A stretch of 64,000 nt of DNA from Octopus vulgaris (taxonomy: Eukaryota), in assembly GCA_951406725.2 (NCBI GenBank), contig OX597833.1:40982001-41046000 (forward strand), in the 5' to 3' direction. The notes below the pieces were generated by a model that was given only the letters and a program-made list of their open reading frames with translations, was not told the origin of the DNA and searched no databases. The stretch's first letter is position 1. Every line of letters begins with the position of its first letter. A program made the translations under genes and the position numbers. This document shows positions 25,611-41,480 of the stretch, piece by piece.

Positions 25611-26024
25611 ATATACATATATTCACACGCGCACACGCACGCACATACTTTTGATTTTATCAATTCGCCAAAAATGCGTGAAATATCAGGTACAGTCTCT
25701 GAAATTGCGAGCTTCTGTACAATTTCTTTCAACCTAATTTCATTGAAAAGTCTAAGCTCAATCCGAGGTGATGGTGGCAGAAGCTACTTGTCCAGAGTTC
25801 TACTATGGTCGTGGGTGTCGAACACAGTACCAAGATATTGCCTAGCGAAGATCTTAACCAAGCGGCCATATCAGAAAAGCAACAAATAGAGAGGTGAGGT
25901 AGAGCAGAGAACGTTGTAATAACTACAGAAAGAAACTGAGAGAGGACACAACAGCATAGCCGGAGTGAAGGACGACGCTTTTAGGGGGACAGCACATTTG
26001 AGCCTACTGTATAACTGTGTATAA

Positions 26025-26798
26025 CAATGGTTCTCAACTGGTTCTCATATGGTTCTTGGGGATCCATATAAAATTTTGTTGTTAAAATTCATTTGCAATA
26101 AATTTCGTTATATTTATACAATACGCAAAATATTTTAACAATCTTTAAAATACAATTCTTTATATCTATCTATATATATAAAACTCTAGTTGTGTGAGTG
26201 TCTGTCCCCTTCGATTTAGATTCCTAACTCCTCCCACCTTTTGCGGTGCAGTTTAACTAAATTCGGGTATCTTATAGTCGTGATTCATATCGAGCCCGTC
26301 TGAGTATTAGCGCGCGTCAACGATGAGTCTACGATTTTAAAAATAATTTAACATCATTTTTTATTCCATTTTAATGCATAATTTTTCGTGTGTCGATGGC
26401 GGCGGAGTTGGCGTCCACGCTCACAGCTGCACCTGTTTGCTTCTCCCCCTTCTTCCCTCCCTCGTGAAGCTGTGGGGAAGGCAGTGTAAGGAAATCAACG
26501 TCGTAATGCGTTGTCAAGGAGACCAGCGTTCTTTTAGAACAACGACTTCATGGCTTGAAGACACCAAAACAGAAATGGCTAAGAAAGCCCGAATTGGCAT
26601 CTATAAGGGAAGTAACTCTCTAAAAATGCTTATATAGTTATTTCCCTTACAAACCCGAGCAACGCCGGGCGATACTGCTAGTTTAATTATAAAAAAATAA
26701 CAGGATTTTTTAAAACATCGAATGGCTAAGAGGAGGTAAAATAGGAGGTCCATAAAAAAGGGGTCCATAGTTAAAAAAAAAAAGGCTGAGCAACACCG
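26025..26798. mobile_element. hAT (Charlie-like) MITE interrupted by a Helitron
   Basis: Ends caatggttctcaac / gctgagcaacaccg; 8-bp TSD gtgtataa (26017-26024) and gtgtatag (26799-26806). Confidence 0.7.
26165..26681 (+). mobile_element. Complete non-autonomous Helitron (517 bp)
   Basis: A|TCTATCTATATATATAAAA 5' end; 3' hairpin cccgagcaacgccggg then CTAG|T; no TSD. Confidence 0.9.
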
Positions 26799-27087
26799 GT
26801 GTATAGGCTTGGAAACCTGGGTAGGGGTGGGCAGAAAATTCAAGGATGAGCTGCTCCGACCGGCACACACTCAGGCTATGCCACTGAGACGGGAGTTTGA
26901 CGTTGAATCAGTGGTTGGATTATGTATGTGCATGAGAGAGAGGGAGGGAGAGACAGACAGACAGACTGACAGGCAGGCCGACAGGCAAACTAATAGAGTA
27001 GCCGGGTGTCTCTGCGTGAGTGGAAAGTAATTAGTTTGGTAATTGGTAATGGTAGGATAAGTAAATGGTTGGAGGAAGTAAAGGAAG

Positions 27088-27293
<206 letters not shown>

Positions 27294-28028
27294 GAGGGCA
27301 GGTATATGTTAATGGCGGTGGGAGTTGGGAGTGGCTCACCATGCGAGGAGAAGAAACGAAGCGTGATGGAATTGTTTGACAAGTGGAGATTGGAAAGAGT
27401 AGGAATAACGAAGAATAATAAAAGACGGTCGTAGAGGTGGAGTGAAAGAGAGAGAGAGAGAGAGAGAGAGAGAATAATTAGAGAAATGAGGTGGAGAGTG
27501 AGTAAGATAGACAGAATATGAGAAGGAAAACGCGAGAAGAAAGAATGCAGAGAGTAAGAGAACATGAGGAAGGATAAGTGGGAGTTAGAGGAAATAAAAC
27601 GGTAGTGGGAGTAGGAAGGGGAAGTAACTTATATGTATGTGATTTGAGAGAGACAGCGAGAGAGACAGTGAGAGAGACAGCGAGAGAGAGAGAGAGACTG
27701 GAAGGGAAAAAGAGAATGGGAGGAGGCCCTGTGTGTATGTATATACGTATGTACTACGAGACAAGAGTAAAAGAAAGAGGAAGGGGGAGAGGGATATTTA
27801 GACAAAGAGGAAGAGGAAGAGAAGGTGGTTAATGCTTAAAGACAAGGGGAAAAAAGATGTATTGAGAAGCCAGTAAAAATAATCACATAAGTGAGGCGAT
27901 TGCTGCTAAGTTAAGGAGCTTTGTGACGGATCTACCTTCGTGTGTGAGTTATTGGTTACAATTGAGAGGAACAACAGCAATGGTAAATACAGACATTTCT
28001 CTCTCTCTCTCCCTCTTTCCTTCTCCAT

Positions 28029-28080
<52 letters not shown>

Positions 28081-28091
28081 ATGCATATATT

Positions 28092-28140
<49 letters not shown>

Positions 28141-28282
28141 TTGGAAGAGGATGCGTGGCGTTCAGTCATGCATATATATACCTATAGATGTATGTGCATA
28201 TACGTATGTATACATGCATATATATGATATTTTTATATTATTGTAATTATTATTATTATATATATATATATGTGTGTGTATG

Positions 28283-28348
<66 letters not shown>

Positions 28349-28390
28349 CACATACATATATAAATATATACATACATACATACATACATA

Positions 28391-28438
<48 letters not shown>

Positions 28439-28498
28439 CAAATTGAAAGTTAAAAATGACAAAACTACAGAAGTCAAAAGGACATACAGATGGAATGA

Positions 28499-28648
<150 letters not shown>

Positions 28649-28946
28649 TGATTCAGGGGCCGAAAGTTTCGTCATTGCGCTTATCAAATAGATACATATA
28701 TATGTGCACAGACACACAAACAGACACACACGCACATTCATACACACACACACACATACATACACATACACACACACACACACATATACATGCATATATA
28801 CCTATGTGTGTGTATCTATATGTATATATGTATGTATACACATGCATTCATTAGGATGTCAGTATATATATTGTGTGTGTTTGTGTGTGTGTGTACGTAT
28901 GTGTTTGTGTGTGTGTGTGTTTGAGTGTGTGTGTGTGTGTGTGTGT

Positions 28947-29016
<70 letters not shown>

Positions 29017-29558
29017 TTATAACACTGCCACAAGGGAACGCACACCACGACAGAGACTCATTCTAATTTCAAATCCCGTCGAGGACATCCTTTCTTTCTA
29101 TTCCTCCGGGGGCGAAAAGATATAGTTACAATCAGGTACTAGGATCGGTGTTATCATCCAAGCCATGCTCCCTAATGTTGCTGGCTTTGTACCTAAATAA
29201 GAAGCAATTATTTTTATTATTATAATTATTATCCCCATCATTCCTCCATATTTTAAATATTTGTGTTCCGCTAAGTTTGACTTTGCCTTATGTGTTTCTC
29301 GAGTCAATAAAATAAGTACCAGTTAAGTACTGGGGTTGTGCCCCATCCCCTCGAAATTGTTAACCTTGTGCCAATTTTAGAAAAGATTATTTAGCGTAAT
29401 TGCGTCCGTCTTTACGTTCTGGGTTCGAGTTCTGCCAAGGTCGATTTTGTTTTTCCTCCATTCGGGGTCGGTAGAATACGTACCAGGTGAGCCCTACAGG
29501 TTGACGTAGTCGACTACCACCCCACTCCAAAGTATTAGGTTTTGTGCCTTTAGCTGAA

Positions 29559-29683
<125 letters not shown>

Positions 29684-30883
29684 CATCATCATCATCATCA
29701 TCATCGTTATCATCGTCATCATCAACATCATCATCATCAGTAGTAGTAGTAGTAGTAGTTGTAGTAGAGGTAGTATGTCTAAGAATGTGGGGGTGGTTTC
29801 TGCTTACATTATCCCAACTACCGTGTTCATTATATGAATGGACCTTATAATGTCGAAACCCTGTAAAGAAATGAAGAACAAAATTAACACTTGCAGGATT
29901 TTAGCTCTTAAGGTAAATGATGAAACTATATATAACACAAGGCATTCTAAACCAGTTCCTCTTCATTTTATACCACAACTTCTCTCAGCAATCTCACACA
30001 GCGGTATTGAACTATCTCTATCGCTCTGTCGCTTTCTCTCTCACACATTCACACACGCACGCACATATATACAAGCATACATACATTCATGAATGTATGC
30101 ATATATGTGTGTGTATGTGTATATGTATGTAGTTATGTATATGTAATTCTTTTGGGTTACCTTCCGTTTCCTTCATCAATTATATATATATTAAACTTTT
30201 AATACTTTTGATATATAAAAAAAAAAATTTTTAATAAATAAATAAATAAATAAATTAATTAATGAATTAATTAATTAATTAATAATTAAAATAATATATA
30301 AATATAAAAATATACATACATACATATATATATATATATTTGTATATATATATAAAATTTATAAGTTTGAATTATTTAAATAATTTTTTATTGTTAACTT
30401 TTATATTTTAAATTAATTTTATGTATTGGCTTATGTTTTTCACTGTTTGATTTGCCTAATAGTGGTTTTATCTCTAATTTAATATACTATAATATAATAT
30501 ATTTATACTATATAATTGGATTTAATCCTAAATCTCATTTTTCTCTGTAAGTTTGGATTCATTCCCTAATATTATTATTATTATTATATATATATAAATA
30601 AAACTTAATGGAAAAGGATGCGTGGCGTTCGATCAAATAATAATATAAATATTATATAAATATATGGATATATACATATATATATGTGTACATACCTACA
30701 TATATATGTATGTATACATACATATATGGGTACAGGGCATCAAAAACGTTGAACACAATGAGAAACGAAAACATAAAAACGAAAACATAGAAAACGAACT
30801 TTATGAATATGTTTATGTATGTGCATGTGTATATAAATATTTGTATGAGTATAATATACATGTATATATTTATGTATATGTAC

Positions 30884-30927
<44 letters not shown>

Positions 30928-30972
30928 ATTCATATTTATATATGCATATATATATAAGGTATGTATGTATGC

Positions 30973-31009
<37 letters not shown>

Positions 31010-31490
31010 TGTATGTACGTATGTAGGTATGTATGTATTTGGCTGAATCGCGAGAACATCAGAAAAAAGTGATTAGCGGCATTTCTAACTCTTTACGTTC
31101 CAAGTTCCAATTCTGCCGATGTTGGCTTTAGCGTTCATCCCTCTACTATCGACACAAAATAAGTACCTGTTGAGCCCTGGGGTCGATGGTACCGGCTGAC
31201 CCACTCCCTCTAAAACGGCTGGCCTTCTGCCAAATTTTGAAAAAATTATTGTAATGACAACGACGGTGCCGAATTTGTAGAATATCGGATAGAAACAGAA
31301 AAAAAATTCACGATATTTCTCTCAAATCCCTCAAGACTTCGCCTTTCGACCTTCAGGCTCGGTAAAATAAAGCAGCCGTCAAAAAATGGGGCCTCTGAAA
31401 TTTCAGGCCTTGCGCCTGTAGTATAAAGAATTATTATCGTTGTTGTTGTTGTTGTTATCATTATATACGTCATTCTATACATATATTTAT

Positions 31491-31700
31491 ATATTGATAA
31501 AAACGGTAAGACAACAAAAGAAAGAAAGAGACCTCGATATTATGTAAATAGAGGAATTTATTTGTAAATGTAATATGTGACAATTATTCGGTAGCCATGA
31601 TAAAACTCCGAGTTTCGGATGCCGAGGTGAAAATCCACGCCGCCATCACTTTAGTTATCCGGCCATCGGAAAAATGCTATGAAAAATATTTTCATAATAA
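31491..31700 (-). mobile_element. Short (TA)n-associated element, family G, with decayed hammerhead at 31599-31658
   Basis: Minus: GAUAA, CUAAAGU, GAUG...CAUC, C, GAAA, CUCGGAG, UU, UUAUC. Other copies at 55101-55195 and 55846-55948. Confidence 0.65.
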
Positions 31701-31732
31701 TTGTTACATATTGCATTTACAGATATATATTT

Positions 31733-31805
<73 letters not shown>

Positions 31806-32285
31806 GTAAATGTCATATTGTCTCTCATACTGCGAGTATTTTATGCATCTTATATATACCATATTTCACATAATGTATTCTCAATCTAATGATTGAGATA
31901 AATTGAACATTAATTTAATTAACCTACCGGCGTTTCGTCAGTCTTTACATTATGAGTCTAAATTCCGCTGAGATCGAATATGTCTTTCGTCCCGTCGAAA
32001 CCGATAAAATAAGTACCAGGGGTCATATTTTATCTGAAGTCGATGTAATCGTATGACTACTACCACTCACGAGAATGCTATATACTCTATACAATATTAT
32101 CCATCTGCCGCTTTCTTTACTATAAATATACATGCATTCATACATACATATATGTGTTTGCCTGTATGTGCGGATGGGTGTATGTATGTTTGTACGTGTT
32201 ATGTACAGATGTATGTATAGATATGTAATATATATTTATATATACACGTATATGTGCATACACACACATATTTCTTTATATATAA

Positions 32286-32358
<73 letters not shown>

Positions 32359-32519
32359 CTTGAATACTCGAAATGAGGAGTAGATAGAAAGCCAACAAAT
32401 GATGAAGAGTCCTTTCTCTGTGTTTACTTGTCATGTTTTCCATTTTTCTCGTTGTTTACGTATTTAACTCGTTTGTTTACATGTTGTTTGAACCATTGGT
32501 GATGTCCTGTACCCATATA

Positions 32520-32581
<62 letters not shown>

Positions 32582-32701
32582 CATATACCATACACACAGA
32601 ATTTCACGCACACAGACACAAAAATATATAGTATATATATATATATACATACATATCTATATACATAAACCAACTAATGTGTTTCTCCATTTTCTTATTT
32701 G

Positions 32702-32743
<42 letters not shown>

Positions 32744-32747
32744 TGTG

Positions 32748-32832
<85 letters not shown>

Positions 32833-33004
32833 TTATATATATTTGTATGTATGTATGTATGTATGCCCCATCTTATATGCTTGTAATACAATTTTTCTGA
32901 ATTTTCAGATTTTCTAAATGCTATGCTACTGGTTTTAAATTGATGTTAATTAAATTAATGTTCAATTTATCACCCTCATTATTTAAATTTTTAAAAAATG
33001 TATA

Positions 33005-33040
<36 letters not shown>

Positions 33041-33061
33041 TATGGAAGGCCAGTTTATAGC

Positions 33062-33225
33062 ATTACCCTGGGTTTTCCGTCCATAAACGGTTTAGCTTTA
33101 TGCCATATCGTCAAATCCCAAAACCTGTCCCTCTTCAAAAGAGGTCTTAGACCAATAGGTTTTGGGGTCTGACGATGTGCCATAAGGCTAAACCCTTTAT
33201 GGACGGAAAACCCAGTGTAATCCCC
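33062..33225. repeat. ~65-bp-arm inverted repeat next to (TA)n whose arm folds as a hammerhead
   Basis: Arms 33062-33126 and 33157-33221. Plus-strand motif GGGGU, CUGACGA, stem II, GAAAA...GUA, AUCCC at 33164-33225. Confidence 0.75.
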
Positions 33226-33325
33226 TAAACCGACCTTCTTCATTAAAATGTGCACTGCTCTACATCTTAGAGCGTGCTTGTTTTCCGGATTTATGTTCTC
33301 TACAAACGATATGTGTGTGTGCGTG

Positions 33326-33385
<60 letters not shown>

Positions 33386-33563
33386 CATACATATACATTC
33401 ACACACACACATAAATTTAAAATAAATCAAGACCATGGCATTTAAAATCCTTGGACACGCCGGAACTATGTGGATTCTGATCTTAACGACTGATGAGATG
33501 AGTTTCATGTTTATTTGTTCTATTTCGTTAACATCTTCCACGTGCCACTTCACTATCCACTGT

Positions 33564-33625
<62 letters not shown>

Positions 33626-33786
33626 AGATATGATGATGTAAACAGGAAAAATAGAAATCAAGGTATGAGTATGTGTATATTTTTATTAATGCTTAACAGA
33701 AGCAACAGAGTGACTCAGGAGCCGAGAGTTCTGTACCAACGCACGCAATTCTAACTCTTGAGTCACTCTGTTCATTTAGTTAAATA

Positions 33787-33997
33787 CAGGGTGGCCCAAA
33801 AGTCACAAAAGTGTTGGTAATTCATTGATGTTTTGTTTTAAATTCACAGTACCTTAGCACCATATACAGTATCTATATAGAAAATATATATGTACGCTAG
33901 GCGTGTATAATCACTTCTTATGTACTACAAATAAGAAAATGTAATTACAACAAATTTATCAAAATATTAGACCTCTTTGTGACTTTTGGGCCATACG
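33787..33997. mobile_element. Tc1/mariner-type MITE
   Basis: TA|cagggtggcccaaaagtcacaaa ... tttgtgacttttgggcca..|TA. Confidence 0.75.
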
Positions 33998-34169
33998 TAT
34001 GTGTGTATGTATATATATATATATATATGTAAACGTTAAAAAAAACACAAACTGGGACAAGAACGTGAAACATTTTGAAGACGACAAAAAAACACACACA
34101 GACGGGACTTTCGAAGCTCTCAGTCATCAGTCAAGAACCAGATCATCTTCGCAATTTCGGCTGATTAAT

Positions 34170-34225
<56 letters not shown>

Positions 34226-34301
34226 GGTATATGTATGTATGTATGTATGTATATAGACAACCAGAAACAGATAGATAGATAGATGGATGGATAGATGGAT
34301 A

Positions 34302-34406
<105 letters not shown>

Positions 34407-34552
34407 CTGCAAACTTTTGTATGATGAATACCCCAATGCACTCTGGATAATGTTCTGAATTTCATATCAAATAATGTGTGCAATATGTAAAAGATGTATT
34501 TCTTATACAATTTACACTTACCTTACTACACACACACACACACACACACACA

Positions 34553-34607
<55 letters not shown>

Positions 34608-34855
34608 ACACACACACACAGGTGTGGTTGGTGCATTACATTACTAATTCACATATATATACACGAATAATGCTCACATTATCTGATGTAGAACTCAATG
34701 CGCGACATTATCTGATATAGAACTCAATACAGTGGCTAGATATATTTCTTATATCAACAATTGATAGTCTATCTTAAGTTTCGCCCGCCTCTATTATCGA
34801 CTGTTATGAACTACTGAAGAGGAAACCCAGAGTGTCAAATATTGGGGGACACACA

Positions 34856-34900
<45 letters not shown>

Positions 34901-36083
34901 ACACACATACACAGACACACACACACATACACAGAGGCACGCACGCATACACACACATATACATATCTATGTATGTATGAATGTATGCATGTATGTATGT
35001 TTGTATATATGTATTTATGTATATATGTATGTATGTATGTAATTGTGTGTGTATGTAAGTGTGTATGTATGTATATATGTATGTATGTATGTGTGTATGT
35101 GTGTATGTATGTATGTGTGTGTGTGTGTGTGTATGTATGTAAGGATGTATGTATGTATGTATGTATGTATGTGTGTGTATGTATGTAAGTATGTATATAC
35201 GCATGCATATATGTATGCATGTATGTATGCATGTATGTATGTATGCATGATGAACGCATTGAAAGATCAACAACAACAACAATAATAGTGCTAACGTTTC
35301 TGATACCTCACAACTGGACCTCATCATTTAGCATCCTCAGATACAAAACATTTTTGTTCTTTGACGTCTTTGGTCGAGACTTGGTTGCAACACATATAAA
35401 TTTAAGCAAGACCAAAATATAACAATGATTCTTTCTACTTATGACATAAGGCCAAGTATTTCTATGGAAAAGGGCAAGTGAATGCATCGACTCACTATTA
35501 GACTGGTACTTTATTTAATCGAGTACATTAGGCAATGAAAGGCAATGTAATTTGAACTCAGGACGTAATGAAGCGAAAGAAATAGCGTTAGGTATTTTGT
35601 CCAACGTTAAAATGATTCTGCTAATACATAGCACTAAAATGAATAATTATTGCTTCTAACATAGACTCAAGGTTCAAATTTGAAATGAAGAAATCAGTCG
35701 TTCCCATTCAACCCAGAAATTGACGGGTACTTTATTTTATCGGACCCGGTGAGATAAAAGGTAAAATTGACCTCGGCAGGATTTAAACTCAGAAGTCGAA
35801 GAGCTGGTACAAATAACGCAAGGAATTATGAGACATAATGTGCTATGCTCTAACGATATTCTGCTCTCCTAATAATCCGTTCTACAATAGGCACAAGGCC
35901 CGCAATTTTGATGAAATACAGTTAGTTGATTACATCTACCCCCAATGCTCTACTGCTACTTATTTTATCGACTCGAAAAGAATGAATAGCAAATCGACCT
36001 TAAAATGTAAAAAAAAAAATCTGAAGAAATGTTACTAAGCATATCGTCCGATGTGTTAATAATTCTACCAGCTCGCCTCTTCA

Positions 36084-36226
<143 letters not shown>

Positions 36227-36472
36227 ACAATACCACAGATTTGCTTGTCAGTTGTTTGACCTTAACCAGTTGAGCATGTCCCTTAGTGGCTGACGATATG
36301 TGCATCTCTGATCACGAGCAGAAGTAGTGGGGGAGCATCATAGCCATGTGTTGAGAGGGATTCTTTGGGGTTTGAATAATTCACCTCTGGAAACATGGGT
36401 GGTTCTTTCAACATGCTTAAACAATCCTTATTCAGGGACCGTTTGAGCGAGATGGGCTACTCAACCTGAAGA
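36227..36472 (+). mobile_element. (AAT)n-associated dispersed element, family D (partial)
   Basis: taaccagttgagcatgtcccttagtggctgacgatatgtgcatctctgatc...; reverse-complement copy at 37820-38222. Confidence 0.8.
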
Positions 36473-36666
36473 CAATCTGACATTCCAACGATCCAACCAG
36501 CTCGCTGTTTCTCGTTTAGGTACAAAGGAAGGATAATGGTCGATGTCACCGAGTCCTGCATTTAACTGGCACTTTATTGACCTCGGAGGAATATAAGGCA
36601 TAAATTATAGTTTCTGATTTAGAGATAAGACCAGCAATTGTGATGATTTCAGCGGGACTCTCACTC

Positions 36667-36722
<56 letters not shown>

Positions 36723-37062
36723 CAACAACAATAATGATACTGGTTTCTTTTAATGGTCACAAGGGTCCAAGACATGGAGGATAATATCGAAGGACGGTTA
36801 CAGCACACGAAACAAAAAGGGAAAACAAAAGCAGGTGGGGTTTACATCGGAGATACTACCACTTTTAAGGATATAAAAGAGGATGTAAAATAGAAATTAG
36901 AGAAATAAATAATACATAAATGAAAAGAATCCCCAATAGCGGGGCAATCCACTCAGGGTAATCTGGGGTAAATTCCACCTCAAAACTCCCAGATTACTCT
37001 GCCAGCCCCATGGCATAGGTAAGTCCCCTCTTTCAGTCTTTTTCCTATTGTTCCCAAAAATA

Positions 37063-37149
<87 letters not shown>

Positions 37150-37786
37150 TATCTTTCTAATTTTGGTACAAGGTCAACACTGTTAAGAGGAGGGTTTAGT
37201 TGATTACATCGACCCCTGTACCCAACTAGTACTTATTTTATCTACCCCGAAAGGATGAAAGGCAATTTGTTTCTAATAAAGACACAAGGCCTTGTATAAC
37301 CCACAGTTATTGACTGGTACTTAAATTCATCAATCCTTAACGGATGAAAGGCAAAGTTAAATTTGAACTCAGGACATAAAGTGACGGAATCAACGCTACG
37401 AGGCAATCTGACATTCCAACGATCCAACCAGCTCGCTGTTTCTCGTTTAGGTACAAAGGAAGGATAATGGTCGATATCACCGATTCCTGCATTTAACTGG
37501 CACTTTATTGACCTCGGAGGAATATAAGGCATAAATTATGATTTCTGGTTTAGAGATAAGACCAGCAATTGTGATGGGCGGCGAAGATATTTGGTCTCAG
37601 CGGGATTTGAAATCAAAACGTAAAAAACAGAACGAATATATCAAGGAAAATAATAACGTTCTGAGTTCAATTTCAGTCAAGGTCGACTTTGTCTTTTATC
37701 ATTTTGTGGTCGATAAAATGAATACCAGCTGAATACTGGGGTCGCTCTCGCTGAAATTGCTGGCCTTCTGCCAAAATTTGAAACCA

Positions 37787-37819
<33 letters not shown>

Positions 37820-38222
37820 GAGTGAGAGAGCAGTACATGCCATCAAAGTGACACTGGGGTAAAATATACGAATCCCAGTATACCCATCATGCCTACCCGT
37901 CTAATAAGGGTACACTTGGCACATGCATCACAACCATATGTGTGCGACATGGTGATCTTATATCAAGATAAACAGCACATGACCTTGCAGGTGAGGCCCA
38001 GTTAGAATTTTCTTCTGGTCGAGTAGCCCATCCTGCTCAAAAGGTCCCTGAATAAAGGTTGTTTAAGGATGTTGAACGAACCACCTATGTTTCCAAAGGT
38101 GAATTATCCAAACCTCCAAGAATTTCTTTCAACACACGGCTATGATGCTCCCCCACTACTTCTGCTCATGATCAGAGATGCACATATCGTCAGTCACTAA
38201 GGGACATGGTCAACTGGTTAGG
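37820..38222 (-). mobile_element. (AAT)n-associated dispersed element, family D (longer copy)
   Basis: Homologous to 36227-36472; flanked by (ATT)n and (ATC)/(ATT)n on both sides. Confidence 0.8.
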
Positions 38223-38242
38223 GCCTATCATCATCATCATCA

Positions 38243-38308
<66 letters not shown>

Positions 38309-38640
38309 GGCGGCGAGCTGGCAGAATCGTTAGCATGCCGGGCGAAATGCTTAGCGGTATTTCGTCTGCCAATACGTTCTGAGTTCAAATTCTGCCGAGG
38401 TCGACTTTGCCTTTTATCCTTTCGGAGTCGATAAATTAAGTACCAGTTACGCACTGGGGTCGATATAATCGACTTAATCCGTTTGTCTGTCTTTGTTTGT
38501 CCCTTCTGTGTTTAGCCCCTTGTGGGTAGTAAAGAAATAGGTATTTCGTCTGCTGCAACGTTTTGAGTTCAAATTCCGCCGAGATCATTCTTTTGGGGGT
38601 CGATAAATTAAGTACCAATGAAATACTGGGGTTGATGTAA
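38309..38640 (+). mobile_element. SINE family A, full copy followed by a second body
   Basis: ggcggcgagctggcagaatcg...aaagaaata|ggtatttcgtctgc...gagttcaaattccgcc. Confidence 0.88.
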
Positions 38641-38717
38641 TGGACTCATCCAGTCCTCCAATATGGCTGCCCTTATGGCAATGTCGTTATTATTATTATT
38701 ATTATTACTACTACTAC

Positions 38718-38760
<43 letters not shown>

Positions 38761-39112
38761 ATTATTCAAGCTGCATGATTGGACGTATGTAGGAATGGGC
38801 AATGAAGCATTCTGGACAGGTCTTGCTTAATCTGGTACAAGACACCATTTGCTCTATCTCACATCAGTGACAAAGCCCCAAAAGGCTGAAATACATGTGG
38901 CGTCTTCACTGGCCGTTAATGAGGCGATATTTTGCCTCTCTCCGTTAGTTACTGTGTTTGAAACACATCGTGTCCATAAAAGATGTTATTTCAGGATAAG
39001 TACTGCAGTAACTGGCCTATTAACTATGTATATACATCATGTAAAATACATATATGATTATTTTAATTTGATACTGTCTCACTTGCCTATGCCGGATATA
39101 CACACACATACG

Positions 39113-39174
<62 letters not shown>

Positions 39175-39329
39175 ATATCTTTGAAAATCACTTCGTCATA
39201 TTCAATTAATTTTTCATAGACTGTGTCTCTGCTTTACCACCATTTTCTTTCTCTCTTCCTCTTTTTCTTTTCCCCTTCTCTCTTTCTAAATGTATGTGCG
39301 TGTATATATATGTATATATACATATCATG

Positions 39330-39367
<38 letters not shown>

Positions 39368-39424
39368 GTATATATATATACATACGTATATATGCATCCA
39401 CGTCTTAAGTATACGTGTATTTAT

Positions 39425-39494
<70 letters not shown>

Positions 39495-39507
39495 ATATAT
39501 ATATATG

Positions 39508-39561
<54 letters not shown>

Positions 39562-39733
39562 ACATATATATATATGTGGTTGTATTTATGTATATATGTA
39601 TATATGTATATATGTATGTATGTATATATATGTATAACTCTTGAAATTATTATCTTCCCCACTTTTCCATTCATAGTCTCTGTAAAACATATTTTTAAAT
39701 TTATCTCTCGTTCTCTCTTCATTCTCCCTTTCT

Positions 39734-39780
<47 letters not shown>

Positions 39781-40269
39781 ACACATACTCTTTCTCCTCA
39801 CTCGTTCTCTCTCACTCCATCTCAGTCGATATACTACATTATGTTATAATATATTAAGCAAGCGACACCGAAACAAAATACCTTCTGGTTTTACTTAATA
39901 CACTGTCGACTTAACGAAAATAGCTAATTACTTAATACTTAGATATGCAACACCTCCAGAAACACATGTACACATACACACACTCACACAAAAATACATA
40001 CACGCACACGCACACACGCACAGGACTCTGTTATGTGTATGCGTGCGTGTAAGCTTCTGGAGGTGTTGCATATCTAAGTGCGCGCGTGTGTGTGCGTCTA
40101 TGTGCGCGCGTGCGTGTTTGTGCGTGCGAAATAGATTTATTGTGGCAAGCTGAGTGTACTGAGAAATGGCTTTCTGTAGTAACAAGTTGATTATTTTATT
40201 ATTTCATGTTTGGTTCTTAAGAACTGATTGTAAGCAACAACAACAACAGCAACAACAACAACAACAACA

Positions 40270-40358
<89 letters not shown>

Positions 40359-40474
40359 GGGAAAATATAAATAATTAAACGTTGTTTGGTGTATACAAGG
40401 AAAGATGCTCGCCGTTTTCTATTGCTTTTGCTTAATTTTCACTAATATATATATTCAAAATGTGACCGCGTGTG

Positions 40475-40670
40475 TACCGGTGGCGATTTTTTTCCTCCGT
40501 CTTCCCTTCCTTGGATCTTTCCTTTTCCTATGTTTCTGACGAAGAGCTCCGCTCGAAACGTTAAAGCCTCCTTCTTTCTTTCCTTTCCTGAGCGTCCAAT
40601 AACACTATACTTGTTCCACGTCCTCGCGTTATTGTGTTTTTCTTTGTGTTTTCATGTTTGGAGTAACTTT
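40475..40670 (+). mobile_element. Short hammerhead-bearing element, family C1, 3' end at (TA)n
   Basis: Three copies in the window (40475, 40992, and 44005 on minus). Motif UUU, CUGACGA, A, GAGC ucc GCUC, GAAA, CG, UU, AAA at 40532-40566. Confidence 0.8.
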
Positions 40671-40717
40671 ATATATATATATACACTTTCTATGCTTATG
40701 GTTGAGTTAAATTGTTT

Positions 40718-40754
<37 letters not shown>

Positions 40755-40893
40755 TTTCTATGCTTATGGTTGAGTTAAATTGTTTTATTCATTTATTCGA
40801 AGTGGAAGCCGTTTATCACACCGTTTTTCAGGCTTTGATAAAACGAGAAGAGCAAAACTTGGAGTTGTGTCGAAAAGCAGCTTCATCGAATAC

Positions 40894-40991
<98 letters not shown>

Positions 40992-41178
40992 ATCGTTGGC
41001 GACTTTTTTCCTCCGTCTTCCCTTCCATGGATCTTTCCTTTTCCTATGTTTCTGACGAAGAGCTCCGCTCGAAACATTAAACCATCCTTCTTTCTTTCCT
41101 TTCCTGAGCGTCCAATAACACTATACTTGTTCCACGTCCTCGCGTTGTTGTGTTTTCCATTTGTTTTCATGTTTGGAT

Positions 41179-41183
<5 letters not shown>
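40992..41183 (+). mobile_element. Family C1 copy 2
   Basis: Highly similar to 40475-40670; motif at 41048-41082 with stem I GUUU/AAAC; ends at (TA)n. Confidence 0.8.
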
Positions 41184-41217
<34 letters not shown>

Positions 41218-41283
41218 TAATAAATAAAATATATGCATACATACAAACATATATGTACGTACCTACATCTACATGTATATACA

Positions 41284-41338
<55 letters not shown>

Positions 41339-41480
41339 TATATCTTTTGAGTACTGTAGTCCCGTTTTCGTTTTTACATCCAAAAGCATATGTCTGTGGG
41401 TATGAGTATTCTTTCAATACATTCAGTAATGAATTGAAAGGCATAGAAGAAATCGACCCCACAAGCTGCTATTACACTCC

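Noticed and set aside
28650-28692. Minus-strand UUGAUAA...GAAAC motif
   Set aside because: No convincing stem I or stem II.
33483-33531. TTAACGA-CTGATGA...TCGTTAA with a 7-bp closing stem
   Set aside because: It lacks the GAAA strand of the core; at most a relic.
34100-34135. Minus-strand CTGATGA...GAAA in a (TA)n-flanked element
   Set aside because: Core words are present but stems I and III do not pair.
40681-40787. 39-bp direct repeat separated by (TA)n, and the unit repeated at 46030-46230
   Set aside because: These are slippage or tandem duplications within microsatellites, not spacer arrays.
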